A stretch of 64,000 nt of DNA from a bacterium (GTDB lineage Bacteria; Patescibacteriota; Microgenomatia; UBA1400; PJMF01), in the NCBI GenBank assembly GCA_017431625.1, contig JAFRKQ010000009.1, forward strand, positions 11,874 to 75,873, read 5' to 3'. Position numbers and translations under genes: made by a program. Positions 47,531-57,819 of the stretch are shown piece by piece. The first letter of the stretch is position 1. The number at the start of each line of letters is the position of its first letter. A model generated the notes under the pieces. It worked only from the letters and a program-made list of their open reading frames with translations, was not told where the DNA came from and did not search any database.

Positions 47531-47548
47531 TGTATATTATAATACACA
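47531..47548. promoter_or_regulatory. palindromic TGTATATTATAATACACA promoter/operator motif upstream of epmA
   Basis: Same palindrome family as 10767-10782 and 51702-51717. Confidence 0.4.
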
Positions 47549-47569
47549 CTTGAGTCATCACCAAAGCAT

Positions 47570-49438
47570 CTAGCCGCTGTAATTAGCGCCAACGTTAAGG
47601 TCACGCTTGCGCAAACGCAAGGACTTGGGTGTCACTTCCATGAGTTCATCCTTGGCAATATAAGCTAGTGCCTGCTCGAGAGAAAACTCACGAATGGGTG
47701 AAAGACGAATCAGAATATCAGCATTGGAGCGCACATTGGTCAGTTTTTTGCCTTTGCATAAATTGATCACGATGTCTTCTTTTTTGGAGTTTTCACCCAC
47801 GATCATGCCAGCATAAATCGGCGTACCCGGAGTCACAAAGGCCACGCCGCGCTCTTCAAGCCGTTTGAGATCATAAGACAAAGCCTGGCCAGACTGCGCG
47901 GCAATAAACACCCCATTGCGCTGCCAAGTCATCTCTTCACCCAAAGGCCGATACTCCAAAAAAACTGAGTTGACTACTGCCAGACCAGAGGTTGCTGCCT
48001 GAAATTCCGAGCGGAAACCAATTAAATTGCGTGAGGAAATTTCGTACTCAAAACGCACCCCAAGTTTGAGGTTTTTCATCGTCCGGAAAATGGCCTTACG
48101 ATCGCCCATGGCTGCCGTCACCGTCCCCACGTGCTCTTCTGGGACTTCGATGGTCAAAAGTTCCCACGGCTCGAGTGTGGTGTCACCGTCTTTTTTGTAA
48201 ATCACCTCCGGCCGACCGACACTAAATTCATAGCCTTCGCGGCGCATGTTTTCGATTAAAATAGCCAGATGAAGCTCGCCACGACCAGAGACCAAAAATG
48301 ATTCACTATTGGGTCCAGGACTCAGGCGCAAGCCGACATTACGTTCTAGTTCCTTATCAAGTCTGGCTTTCAATTGACGGGAAGTATTAAATTCACCCTC
48401 TTGGCCAACAAAAGGGGAGGTGGAGACCAAGAATTGCACTTGGATTGTTGGCTCCGAGATATTAATATGAGGCAAAGGCTCTAAGTGCTCCGGATCGCAC
48501 AAAGTGTCAGAAATTTTGACCTCGCCAAAGCCTGTTAAAGCCACAATGTCGCCGGTTTGTGCCTCCTCAATCTCTACCTTGCCCAAGCCAAAAAACTCAA
48601 AAAGATATTCTACCTTAGCGGTCGTGACTTTTTGCGCGTCTTCACCGCGGACAATGGTGAGTTGTTGGCCTTTTTTGATGTGACCACGATTGACTTTACC
48701 AATGGCAATTGAGCCTTTGTAATCATCAAAATCAATATTACTCACTTGAATTCTTGAAGGGCCAGCCAAAGCCTTTGGTGCCGGGATTTTTTCGATAATA
48801 CCAGCAAAAAGTGGTGTCAAATCACTGCTATCGGTGATTTTCATCGAGCCATCAGCTTGAGTCTCCACTTGCCGGCCCGCAATCCCATCACGCCCCACGG
48901 CATAATACACCGGAAAGTCTAGTTGTGACTCATCCACCGCCAGATCAAGGAAAAGATCACTAATTTCATTGATAACTTCGCCCGCCCGCTGATCCTTGCG
49001 GTCAACTTTATTAACCACTACCAAGGGTTTGAGGCCGAGCTTAAGCGCCAGCGCCAGTACGAAGCGGGTTTGCGACAGCACCCCTTCAGAGGCGTCTACC
49101 AACAAAATACAGCCCTCAGCCATATTAAGGACCCGCTCCACCTCACCCGAAAAGTCAGCGTGACCGGGTGTATCAATGATATTAATCTTATAGTCCTGCC
49201 AGTGAACGGCCGTGTTTTTGGCCAGGATGGTCACACCCCGCTCACGCTCGATAGCGTTGTTGTCCATGATCGTGGTCTGAGCATTTTCTGCCTGGTGAGC
49301 CGCAAAAGTATGAGCTTGTTTGAGCAGACCATCAACAAGTGTCGTCTTGCCATGATCGACGTGAGCGATAATAGCGACATTACGGATTTTTTCGGTTGCA
49401 ATCATAGCAGTTTCCTTTTTATTTTTTGACTCAAACAC
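47570..49438 (-). CDS. typA: GTP-binding protein TypA/BipA
   Basis: NVAIIAHVDHGKTTLVD...DTPGHADF...NKVDR and the EF-G-like domain order; real start probably MIATEKIRN at 49405. Confidence 0.9.
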   Translation of the reverse strand: MFESKNKKETAMIATEKIRNVAIIAHVDHGKTTLVDGLLKQAHTFAAHQAENAQTTIMDNNAIERERGVTILAKNTAVHWQDYKINIIDTPGHADFSGEVERVLNMAEGCILLVDASEGVLSQTRFVLALALKLGLKPLVVVNKVDRKDQRAGEVINEISDLFLDLAVDESQLDFPVYYAVGRDGIAGRQVETQADGSMKITDSSDLTPLFAGIIEKIPAPKALAGPSRIQVSNIDFDDYKGSIAIGKVNRGHIKKGQQLTIVRGEDAQKVTTAKVEYLFEFFGLGKVEIEEAQTGDIVALTGFGEVKISDTLCDPEHLEPLPHINISEPTIQVQFLVSTSPFVGQEGEFNTSRQLKARLDKELERNVGLRLSPGPNSESFLVSGRGELHLAILIENMRREGYEFSVGRPEVIYKKDGDTTLEPWELLTIEVPEEHVGTVTAAMGDRKAIFRTMKNLKLGVRFEYEISSRNLIGFRSEFQAATSGLAVVNSVFLEYRPLGEEMTWQRNGVFIAAQSGQALSYDLKRLEERGVAFVTPGTPIYAGMIVGENSKKEDIVINLCKGKKLTNVRSNADILIRLSPIREFSLEQALAYIAKDELMEVTPKSLRLRKRDLNVGANYSG

Positions 49439-49479
49439 ACCGGCGCCAGTTACCCAGCGCCGGCTTAACGATTTTCCTT

Positions 49480-49734
49480 CTAAGACGAACTTAATTTCTC
49501 GTGCATGCGCGCAATAATCTCTGGCGAGATATTCTTCATCTTCTTGAGACCGCGCAGACGTCGGCGCAAGCGACGATTGTCATTTTTGTTGTTTTTACGG
49601 ACTTGAGAGGGGCGCAAGTGATATTGACGATCCTTGACGAGTGTTTGGATATCCATCGCCACCGTAATTTTCTTAAAACGTTTGACCATATCACCCACGG
49701 TTTCACTGCCGCGATTTTTGACTACAATTGTCAT
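49480..49734 (-). CDS. rpsU: 30S ribosomal protein S21
   Basis: MTIVVKNRGSETVGDMVKRFKKITV...RKNNKNDNRRLRRRLRGL has the typical S21 basic C-terminus; TGtgATATAAT promoter on the minus strand at about 49775-49795; stable hairpin 49443-49468 between rpsU and typA. Confidence 0.8.
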   Translation of the reverse strand: MTIVVKNRGSETVGDMVKRFKKITVAMDIQTLVKDRQYHLRPSQVRKNNKNDNRRLRRRLRGLKKMKNISPEIIARMHEKLSSS

Positions 49735-50009
49735 AAGTTATCACCTCCCTCTCGAGTACGCCAACTTTTTTACTAACAGTAGGGTATTATATCACAAAAA
49801 TCTTAATTTTAGCGGGCAGTTTACAGATGTTAATAGTGGAAACATAATCTCTTGCTTTCAGCTTTCACGCAAAAAAGGGCCCAACTGTCGTTGTAGCCCC
49901 CTGTCTTCAAGCTGTCAGTAAATCAATCAGCCCGAAGGCTTACCAATATTATGGTAAGCACCGCGACTCTTAACCGGAAATCACGGATTTGGGACTACGT
50001 TTGGGTATC

Positions 50010-51401
50010 TCACGAGACACTTGGTGCCGGAATGCGAATATTTTGGATATCCTCCAGCTCACAACCAAGCTCACTCAAGACACTTTTGAGCTCAAAAAGG
50101 TCAGAATAATAGTGTGGCGCGGGTTGATTACGTACCTTAACGCTAATCACTTGGCCCTGTGGCAAATTGATGCAGGCCCGGAGTAGTTTTTGCTTAATTT
50201 CCGGGTTTTTGCTATTGGCAATATAAAAACCTTTGCCATTGGGTGCCGCCACTTCAAAAAGACCATTGAGATCATCTGCCCTGCTAGCGTCAATGCCCAG
50301 CTCGCCACCATCATCAATAAATGTTGGTGCAGTCGTGTTTTCTTGAGCAACGACCGATACTGACAGCGTATCTGGCGTAACCACTGACACCGACGTGCTA
50401 GCGCTCGACTCAAGCCCAGGCGTCAAGTCATCCGCCAGCAAAGACTCGGCTTGGGGGAAATAAATCTCCAGCGAGCGCAAATTCTGACTTTTGACAATTT
50501 GCCCCGGCTGCGCCTGCCAAGTGCGGACACAGCCTCGATGGGCATCACGAGCATTAGTTACATCGTTGACCACGATCGTCACACCAGCGGGCACACACAA
50601 GTCACGTTCCGGACAAGGAATATAATAGCAGCCCGGAGTTTTGATCAGCGCCAGAGTGGTAATCAGACATAAGTCCTCTTGAGTGACCAGATCTTGACTA
50701 GCCACTACCCGTGCTTGATAATCACCCAGACGCGAAAAGCGGATCATCGAGCCAGTTTTGGTCATGACTGGTAGTACTGGTGTCGGAGTCACTTTTGGCG
50801 TTGGAGCCACTTTGACTGGCGGCTTTTTGACAAAAATTTTATACTCATGTCCCGCTCGTAGCTGATCATTAGCCTGAAGGGTGCGATTTTTGTCAGTGCG
50901 ATCAATAATTGTCAATTGTTTGATATCAAAGCTACCGTCCTGAGTGATCACGCCGATCCAGCAGCCGTGGTCGGGCAAAAAGCGCCAGCCAGGCCTAAAA
51001 ATCTTCTCTGGATCAAAACCAGCACCCAAAGTCTGCGCTGGCGGTTGCGGCTTAGCGATTGTGGGCGTGGCGCCTCGTTTTCTAAGCGTCACCTCACTAC
51101 CTATTTTGACCGCCCAACCATTGGGAACGACTTTGGAGATGCCATCCTTGTGCGTCGTCACTTCTATCGCCTCGGTGGTAATGATCCGTTTGGTAAGCCA
51201 ACCACGCACCGAGCCATCAGGATCGGGCTTAGCGTCGCGCAAAACTCGAGCAAAATCTACCTTACCTGTCAAAGTAATTGTCGCTACAGGAGCTTTGGCC
51301 TTCTTGCTTTTGTTAGCTTTCGCCTCGGCCACCTGTGTCCAACCCAAGATCGCTACCATTATGAAAACAACCAGTATTTTTGTATCATTAATCCTTTTCA
51401 T
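50010..51401 (-). CDS. secreted hypothetical protein (paralog of 58114-59442)
   Basis: Start MKRINDTKILVVFIMVAILGW after RBS GGAGAG; shares GWRFLPDHGCWIGVITQDGSFDIKQLTIIDRT with the GWRYVAEHQCWIGQVNKAYSFDNTQLTVIDRT of the paralog. Confidence 0.6.
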   Translation of the reverse strand: MKRINDTKILVVFIMVAILGWTQVAEAKANKSKKAKAPVATITLTGKVDFARVLRDAKPDPDGSVRGWLTKRIITTEAIEVTTHKDGISKVVPNGWAVKIGSEVTLRKRGATPTIAKPQPPAQTLGAGFDPEKIFRPGWRFLPDHGCWIGVITQDGSFDIKQLTIIDRTDKNRTLQANDQLRAGHEYKIFVKKPPVKVAPTPKVTPTPVLPVMTKTGSMIRFSRLGDYQARVVASQDLVTQEDLCLITTLALIKTPGCYYIPCPERDLCVPAGVTIVVNDVTNARDAHRGCVRTWQAQPGQIVKSQNLRSLEIYFPQAESLLADDLTPGLESSASTSVSVVTPDTLSVSVVAQENTTAPTFIDDGGELGIDASRADDLNGLFEVAAPNGKGFYIANSKNPEIKQKLLRACINLPQGQVISVKVRNQPAPHYYSDLFELKSVLSELGCELEDIQNIRIPAPSVS

Positions 51402-51608
51402 TTTACTTCTCTCCTTACGTATTAAAGTTGATCTATCACTGCTACTTACCACTAAAATGGCAAGGGGTTATCGTTCAGGCTCAGACGTAGGCCTTTTGGT
51501 GGGTTATGATTTGTTTGACTGACATCTTAAAGAGCTTACCAACCACCAGCCAGCGGTTTGCTCGTATTAATGCCGGCAAATCGCCTTCTGATCGTCTTAG
51601 CTACGCAT

Positions 51609-51637
51609 ATTATATCACATTATAGGCTTTTTGTCAA
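51609..51637 (-). promoter_or_regulatory. consensus sigma70 promoter TTGACA, 17 bp, TATAAT (one of three identical copies)
   Basis: Minus strand reads ccTCTTGACAaaaagcctataatgtgaTATAAT; copies at 59660-59688 and 62320-62348. Confidence 0.7.
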
Positions 51638-51729
51638 GAGGTAATTTCTGCCAGGCGCGAAGTCTTGCCAAAGGCAGTACTGACTACGTAAGGCAGACAC
51701 TGTGTATTATAATACACACTCAAGCACAC

Positions 51730-52101
51730 CTAAAGTAGCCGTGCACTCCACAAGCAAGCCAAGAAACTGGCCAAAAAATCTATCCCCACGTCTATAGGGC
51801 TCATCAGCCGACCCGGAACCCAGCCCTGATGCCATTCATCAAAAACAGCATATGCCAGACAAAGAATTAACATCAAGGGCCAACTCCAACGGCCGCGAAG
51901 CCAGCCTACAGCCTGAAAAAAGCGAAACCAGCACCAAAAAAGCCCGGCATAAACAGCCACGTGAGCGCATTTTTTGAGCAAAACGTCCCAACCAAAGACA
52001 TTCGGCCCTGGCAAGACCGACTGGTGAGAAAAATAGAAGATCAAACCCATCCAGCTCAGAGGTAAAAAAATCCAGCTAAAACGTAATTGTTTGTTCATCA
52101 T
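51730..52101 (-). CDS. VanZ-like family membrane protein
   Basis: 4 TM helices; KKCAHVAVYAGLF...DEWHQGWVPGR resembles VanZ-family conserved residues; overlaps the upstream gene by 26 bp. Confidence 0.55.
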   Translation of the reverse strand: MMNKQLRFSWIFLPLSWMGLIFYFSHQSVLPGPNVFGWDVLLKKCAHVAVYAGLFWCWFRFFQAVGWLRGRWSWPLMLILCLAYAVFDEWHQGWVPGRLMSPIDVGIDFLASFLACLWSARLL

Positions 52102-53083
52102 TTACTCCCGTCTGGGCGTACCGATACTCAAGCCAAAGGTACAAGACCAGACTGCCCAGTCCGAGTATTATACCAAATAGTGCGAGTATTAGCAGCAGCA
52201 ATTGGTGCTGCGAGGTTGACTGGGCAGTCTGAGCGCTCAGCGTGGCCGCCGGCACGAGCGTGTGCGCGCCCAGCACTTGGGCGGGCACGGGCGTGGACAC
52301 GGCGGGCCACCAATAGTGAATCCTGGGGACGGCAAAACTGATACCTTCAGCCCAAGATTGATCGCTTCCACTGACAATTACCTGCGGGCTTGGAGTGGGC
52401 GTGGGGCTAGCCGTGTTAGTAGTAGTCGAGGTCGATTGATTGGTACTACCACCAGTGGTGGTGGTATTGGTGGCATTAGTAGCCGCAGCGTCAGCGCCCA
52501 AACTGGTAACACTCACCGAATTCACACTCAGACCAGCGATAGCTGTCTGGGCGCTGACTGTGGCTGTTTGCCAGCTGAGGCCGGCGCCAGCGCTCGCCTC
52601 CGCGTCAAGCGCGAGGCTGGAGCCAGCGCCGGCCTCGCCCACATTACTCAGGCCCGGCGTGGGCGCTTGCTTATCCCAGACGGGTCCGCCGTCTGGAATC
52701 CGGGCATAAGCCTGAGTAGTTGTCAGCTTGGGATAGGTCAGCCCTTCGATCAAGCGCCCCTGTGGATCAAAAAGATAAATTGTGTCGCCACCATTATTGA
52801 GTGTCAATTTACTAGGAATTATCTGCAAAAAACCATGTGCCGGTATCACTAACTCCTCACTGGTGACCGTCTCGTAGTTACCCACTTCTCCCTTGTAAGC
52901 TTCAGCAATTTGCCAGCCCGCAAAAGATTCTGGTGTATCAAGCTCATTATAGACCTCTAGCCATTCAGGATCGCCGCCGGCGGGGCTGGCATAAATTTCG
53001 TTCAAACAAAAAGCCATAGTCGAGCGCGTACTCAACCACAACCAAAAAACAATTAATAATTTTTTCATGGTCATGATTATCAT
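52076..53083 (-). CDS. lamin-tail-domain (LTD) surface protein with Thr/Pro-rich stalk and C-terminal TM anchor
   Basis: LNEIYASPAGGDPEWLEVYN...LTLNNGGDTIYLFDPQG is the LTD signature; C-terminus LLLLILALFGIILGLGSLVLYLWL. Confidence 0.65.
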   Translation of the reverse strand: MIIMTMKKLLIVFWLWLSTRSTMAFCLNEIYASPAGGDPEWLEVYNELDTPESFAGWQIAEAYKGEVGNYETVTSEELVIPAHGFLQIIPSKLTLNNGGDTIYLFDPQGRLIEGLTYPKLTTTQAYARIPDGGPVWDKQAPTPGLSNVGEAGAGSSLALDAEASAGAGLSWQTATVSAQTAIAGLSVNSVSVTSLGADAAATNATNTTTTGGSTNQSTSTTTNTASPTPTPSPQVIVSGSDQSWAEGISFAVPRIHYWWPAVSTPVPAQVLGAHTLVPAATLSAQTAQSTSQHQLLLLILALFGIILGLGSLVLYLWLEYRYAQTGVNDEQTITF

Positions 53084-53264
53084 GCCAATTATTTCAAATC
53101 TTTTCGCCAGTATAGAGAAGACAAAAAAGGGATGACGATATTTTTTTCAATCATCAATTTTTTTACCCGCGACACATTCGCCAAACTCTCAGGCAGCCCA
53201 ACGGGGAGTCACTCCCCTAATTTTTCCCAACATTGGTGGCCAAAAGTAGGGTATAATTAAGGGT

Positions 53265-53771
53265 ATGGTTTTATATCACGCCGCCACTGTCCAAGTTCGC
53301 CAGCCACGCATCATCCAAGCCGAGCGAGGACGCGACTTTGGTTTTGGCTTTTATGTCACCCCTGACAAAGACCAGGCAGAACGCTGGGCACGTCAAAGTG
53401 CAGCCATTCTCGCCCGTCAAGCACCTCAAGCCGTGAAGGCAATTGTCAATATTTATCGCTACAATCCCGAGGAAGACCATCTTAAACATCAAGATTTTGC
53501 GCGTATTAACGCCGACTGGTTGGCCTTGGTCACCACTTGCCGGACTCAAGACAATTATGCCCACGCTTGCGATATTATTAGCGGACCAATTGCTGATGAA
53601 GCCGTGGGTGCTGTCGTCACCAAGGCTGCCTATCACCGTCTCACTCCAGAGGCAGCCCTCGAACAGCTGGCCGAGCAAAATCCTCCGTCGCAATGGGCTT
53701 TTTGCACCCCAGAGGCTATTGCCCAGCTCAAATTCCAAAGTCACTACGAATTGGAGACAGATCATGATTGA
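53265..53771 (+). CDS. DUF3990-like protein
   Basis: MVLYHAATVQV...DFGFGFYVTPDKDQAERWA matches the DUF3990 N-terminal pattern (M.LYHGS...FG.GFY.T...QA..WA). Confidence 0.5.
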   Translation: MVLYHAATVQVRQPRIIQAERGRDFGFGFYVTPDKDQAERWARQSAAILARQAPQAVKAIVNIYRYNPEEDHLKHQDFARINADWLALVTTCRTQDNYAHACDIISGPIADEAVGAVVTKAAYHRLTPEAALEQLAEQNPPSQWAFCTPEAIAQLKFQSHYELETDHD

Positions 53772-53985
53772 AGAGGTAATTAGCATTATTGAGACGGAAA
53801 TAGCAGGATTTTTGGCTCATGACTATGATTGTGATCCCCAGTGGGCGCGCGAGGCTTTTCGCGAAAGCTATACTTACGAAAACCTTTGTGACGAGCAAAC
53901 TGGACTCTATGGTCGCTCAGCCCTTTACTGCTACAGTCTTTTGCTGGAAGAATTGGCCAACCGCCAGCGTTTTGCGACCAAGTGA
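53764..53985 (+). CDS. DUF3791-like small protein (partner of DUF3990), start overlapping the upstream stop (ATGATTGA)
   Basis: 73-aa ORF MIEEVISIIETEIAGFLAHDYDCDPQWAREAF...; the ORF track merged it into a longer out-of-context frame. Confidence 0.4.
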   Translation: MIEEVISIIETEIAGFLAHDYDCDPQWAREAFRESYTYENLCDEQTGLYGRSALYCYSLLLEELANRQRFATK

Positions 53986-54260
53986 GTTTTTTTGTAACAA
54001 TCAAGTCAATAGTATCACAAAATAAATATTATTGGCCCTTGACAAAATGGCAAAGTTGTGGTATAATGCGCATACTTAGAGAAGTTGACTAATTATTAAT
54101 TATGACGATAATGATGGAAACAACCAGCAAAATTAAGCCTCAGTTACCTTGGGAAATGGTGCTAGTTGGTCTTCAGTTCTCGCCGCTAGGGCATCCAAGC
54201 GGGCCGCGTAATTTTTAGACTTAGCAAACTTCTCTTTCGGTTAAACATAGAAAGAGAAAA

Positions 54261-55919
54261 ATGACATTTGTAAATAATTTATCAACACTTTTTGCCAATC
54301 AAGGCAAGCGGTTGCGTGCGCCGCGACCGACCAATCGCCCCAAAAAGAGCGCTGACACGGGGCGCAATAACCAAAAAAAGCCTACCAACCAAGCTAAACC
54401 TGTACCAGCGGCACCAAAAATTGAAATTAACTACGAGCAACTCAAGAAAGATGCCGAAACGCGCGCTCAAGCACAAGCGCAACGGGTGATTGACCAAGCT
54501 AATAATCAAGCCAGAAGTATCGTGCGCGAAGCTCAGGCTCAAGCCAAAGAGACCATTGTTGAAGCTAAGGCCGAGGCCTTGAGTATTCGCTCCAAGGCTG
54601 ATAGTGAATCACAAAAGATCTTGCGGCAAGCGGAAGAGCAGCAGCGGACTCTCACTCAAAAAATTGAGCGGATAGATCAGCGTCTTTCACAAATGGACCA
54701 AAAAGAGGCTATCTTGGAGGCCGAAAAAAACAAGCTCATTGACTTGCAGACCCAAGTGGAACAAACCAAGAAAAATGTTCTTGGCCGCCTGGAAGAACTC
54801 GCCGGCATGACCAAAGATGAGGCGCGTGAATACTTACTCGATCAAACTAGACATCGAGCCACTCAAGATATGGCGCAAATCATTCGCCAAAAAGAAGAGG
54901 AAATGCAGGCTGAGGCCGATACTAAAGCCAAAGAAATTTTGATAGACGCAATGAAATACGGGGCAACTGATTATGTCGCTGAGTACACTATGTCTACCGT
55001 CAATCTCCCCTCTGAAGACGCCAAAGGTAAGATTATTGGAAAAAATGGCCGCAACATCCACACTTTTGAGCGTGTCACTGGTGTTGACGTTGATCTGGAC
55101 TCCTCACCCACCGAGGTCAAACTTTCCTGCTTTGACCCTATCCGCCGCGAGGTGGCCAAGCTGTCACTAGAAAAACTGATTAAAGACGGTCGGGTGCAAC
55201 CTTCACGCATTGAAGAAATTGTCGCCAAAACGCGCAAGGAGCTGGACAAAGTCATGTTTGAAGAGGGTAAAAATCTCTGTCACGCCGTGGGGGTTTACAA
55301 TCTGCCCAATGAGTTGATGCAACTTCTGGGACGCTTCAAATATCGCTTCTCTTACGGGCAAAATCTGATCTCTCATACCCTTGAAGAGACCAAAATCGGC
55401 ATCAAGATTGCTCACGAGCTGGGGCTTAATGTCAATATTGTCAAACTGGGCTGTTTGCTTCATGACATCGGCAAAGTCAGCGATGAGGTGGACGGTTCAC
55501 ACGTAGAATTGGGTGTGCGGATCGCCAAAAAATATAATTTACCTCAAGGAGTGATTGACTGTATCGCCCAACATCACGAGGATGAGCCTTTCACGGGACC
55601 TGAGCAAATCGCTGTCTATATCGCTGACGCTATCTCTGGCGCCAGGCCTGGGGCGCGCTACGAAAACTATGATGAGTATGTTCAGCGGCTACAAAAACTG
55701 GAGAAAATCGCCAATGAACACAAAGAGGTCTCCAAGTCCTACGCTATCCAGGCTGGTCGTGAAATCCGGGTCATTCTTGAGCCCAAGCAGTCCAAAGACG
55801 ACGACGTGGTGGTGCTGGCCGATCGCATTCGCGACGAGATCAAGGCGCAGCTGACTTTCCCCGGGACAGTCACAGTGACGGTCATTCGCGAAACTCGCGG
55901 GCAGGCGGTAGCCAAATAA
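54261..55919 (+). CDS. rny: ribonuclease Y
   Basis: Coiled-coil N-terminal region, KH domain GKIIGKNGRNIHTFERVTGVDVDLD, HD domain LLHDIGKV...HHED; no N-terminal TM helix in this ORF; about 190-nt leader with a 38-codon uORF (54102-54218). Confidence 0.9.
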   Translation: MTFVNNLSTLFANQGKRLRAPRPTNRPKKSADTGRNNQKKPTNQAKPVPAAPKIEINYEQLKKDAETRAQAQAQRVIDQANNQARSIVREAQAQAKETIVEAKAEALSIRSKADSESQKILRQAEEQQRTLTQKIERIDQRLSQMDQKEAILEAEKNKLIDLQTQVEQTKKNVLGRLEELAGMTKDEAREYLLDQTRHRATQDMAQIIRQKEEEMQAEADTKAKEILIDAMKYGATDYVAEYTMSTVNLPSEDAKGKIIGKNGRNIHTFERVTGVDVDLDSSPTEVKLSCFDPIRREVAKLSLEKLIKDGRVQPSRIEEIVAKTRKELDKVMFEEGKNLCHAVGVYNLPNELMQLLGRFKYRFSYGQNLISHTLEETKIGIKIAHELGLNVNIVKLGCLLHDIGKVSDEVDGSHVELGVRIAKKYNLPQGVIDCIAQHHEDEPFTGPEQIAVYIADAISGARPGARYENYDEYVQRLQKLEKIANEHKEVSKSYAIQAGREIRVILEPKQSKDDDVVVLADRIRDEIKAQLTFPGTVTVTVIRETRGQAVAK

Positions 55920-55964
55920 ATCAGACATGCTAGATGAAGAAAAATAAGGTATAATAAGGACAGT

Positions 55965-56174
55965 ATGATTCTAACAGGACAGATCATCTTAGGAATTATC
56001 ATCATCGCCTGCGTACTCTTGCAGTCTCAAGATGCCGGCTTGGGCTTTTGGGGTGGTGGCGGTGAGACTTATGCGACCAAGCGAGGTCTGGAGAAAGTGA
56101 TTTTTTACATCACCATTGTGAGTATCATTCTTTTTGTCTTTCTCTCCTTGCTGTCGCTCACACTACAGGCATGA
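55965..56174 (+). CDS. secG: preprotein translocase subunit SecG
   Basis: MILTGQIILGIIIIACVLLQSQDAGLGFWGGGGETYATKRGLEKVIFYITIVSIILFVFLSL has the two-TM SecG pattern with the G-rich loop. Confidence 0.75.
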   Translation: MILTGQIILGIIIIACVLLQSQDAGLGFWGGGGETYATKRGLEKVIFYITIVSIILFVFLSLLSLTLQA

Positions 56175-57787
56175 TCAAGCTTTATTGGTATATCACTGGC
56201 TATATTCGCAAGCATGGACTTAAGTTTTTGCTGGTGATAGCGGTAGCAGCTGTAGTTTTTTCGGTGGTGGTGCCTTATTTGTTTCGTCATTTTTCTCATC
56301 GCCAGACTGTTTATATTGGGCTGGTGGGTGAGTATGACCTTTATCACCTCCCAGACGACATCACCAAACAATTGTCGCGCGCACTCGTGCGCTTGGATAA
56401 TACTGGGATTTTTGATCAAAAAAGTCTTGATTTAGCAGACAAAATTGACATTGAAAATAATGGTCGTCGCTATCGGTTTCATTTGGAGGAGGGCTTAAGT
56501 TGGCCCGATGGCACGCCCTTTGTGGCCACTGATGTCAATTATCGCTTGCGTGAAGCTCAAGTCACTTACGAAGGCAGTGAAGTGATCTACGATTTACCAG
56601 CGGTTTTGGCCAGTTTCCCTCAGCTTCTGACCACGCCGATTCTCCACTATCATGAGACCAAAAAATATGGATTTATCAATAAAACTGAGGTTTATGGTCT
56701 CAAGAACACTCGCCTGGTTGACTACAAATGGCTCGACCGAAGCCACTCAGCTCTCTCACAAGTGACCATTGATGATCTGGAGACGCGCATTCGCTACATT
56801 TATCGGTTTTATTACACTCAAGACCAGGCGCTCGAGGCCTTCAAACTCGGCAAAATTGACTTTTTGTACGATGTTACCAATACCGAGCAGCTCAAAAGCT
56901 GGCGGACTATCACCGTGAGCGACCGACCGCTGACAGATCAATACTTAGCGGTGTTCTTCAATACCGCCGATCCACTCCTGACGCGCAATGTCCGTCAGGC
57001 CTTAAGCTACGCGGTCGAAAAAGAAAGAGCTGGCTATGACCGAGCGATTAGTCCGATCAATCCAGCTAGTTTTGCCTATTTTCCCGGGGCCAAACGCTAT
57101 GACAAAAACATTGACTCGGGTGTGGAACGTCTCCTTGACGAGCTACCAGGGGCACCAATTGAAATTAATCTAGTAACCACCGCTAGCTTTTATGATATCG
57201 CCTCTGACATTCAAAAAGACTGGCAACAGTTGGGCGAGGCGGCCGTGACCGCGTGCCAAAATAGTGATAAAATCGAGGACAAAGCGGCCTGCGAATACTT
57301 GCACATTCAAACCAACATCCAAATTCAGACCATCCCTGACACCAATAATTTCCAGGCTTTACTCATTGGCCAACAAATTCCTTTTGACCCTGATCAATAT
57401 AATCTCTGGCACTCAGGTCTGGCCTCCAATTTCACCCATTACAAAAATACCCGGGTAGATAATCTGCTGGAAAAAGGTCGCCAAACTCTCAAGACCACCG
57501 AACGCGCCACCCTTTATCAAGAGTTTCAGCAAAATCTCCTCGAGGATCCACCAGCAATTTTCTTGTGGTATCTCAAAAGTTCCGATCTTTACCGCGATGA
57601 TGAGGTGGCGGTCATTGACGTGCGGCGCTCACCGGCCAGTGAGCAGTCAACTGAAGACCACGAGTCAAACGCTACCGACTCGCAGACACAAGCACCCAAG
57701 ACCGACACAGATGTTGACGATAGCCATCGTGACAGTGACATTAATCCCGATACGCCCGAAAAAACGTCAAAGGCCCCACACGAGTGA
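56171..57787 (+). CDS. ABC transporter substrate-binding protein, family 5 (peptide/nickel/oligopeptide type), membrane-anchored
   Basis: RYRFHLEEGLSWPDGTPFVATDVNYRL matches the SBP_bac_5 signature; N-terminal TM anchor; 4-bp overlap with secG. Confidence 0.65.
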   Translation: MIKLYWYITGYIRKHGLKFLLVIAVAAVVFSVVVPYLFRHFSHRQTVYIGLVGEYDLYHLPDDITKQLSRALVRLDNTGIFDQKSLDLADKIDIENNGRRYRFHLEEGLSWPDGTPFVATDVNYRLREAQVTYEGSEVIYDLPAVLASFPQLLTTPILHYHETKKYGFINKTEVYGLKNTRLVDYKWLDRSHSALSQVTIDDLETRIRYIYRFYYTQDQALEAFKLGKIDFLYDVTNTEQLKSWRTITVSDRPLTDQYLAVFFNTADPLLTRNVRQALSYAVEKERAGYDRAISPINPASFAYFPGAKRYDKNIDSGVERLLDELPGAPIEINLVTTASFYDIASDIQKDWQQLGEAAVTACQNSDKIEDKAACEYLHIQTNIQIQTIPDTNNFQALLIGQQIPFDPDQYNLWHSGLASNFTHYKNTRVDNLLEKGRQTLKTTERATLYQEFQQNLLEDPPAIFLWYLKSSDLYRDDEVAVIDVRRSPASEQSTEDHESNATDSQTQAPKTDTDVDDSHRDSDINPDTPEKTSKAPHE

Positions 57788-57819
57788 GGCCTTAACTTTA
57801 AAATAAAGTGAGTGTTGAT

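Noticed and set aside
53443-53985. 180-aa ORF from the track
   Set aside because: It is an out-of-frame read-through of the DUF3990 gene; only its last 73 codons (53764-53985) form a sensible separate gene.
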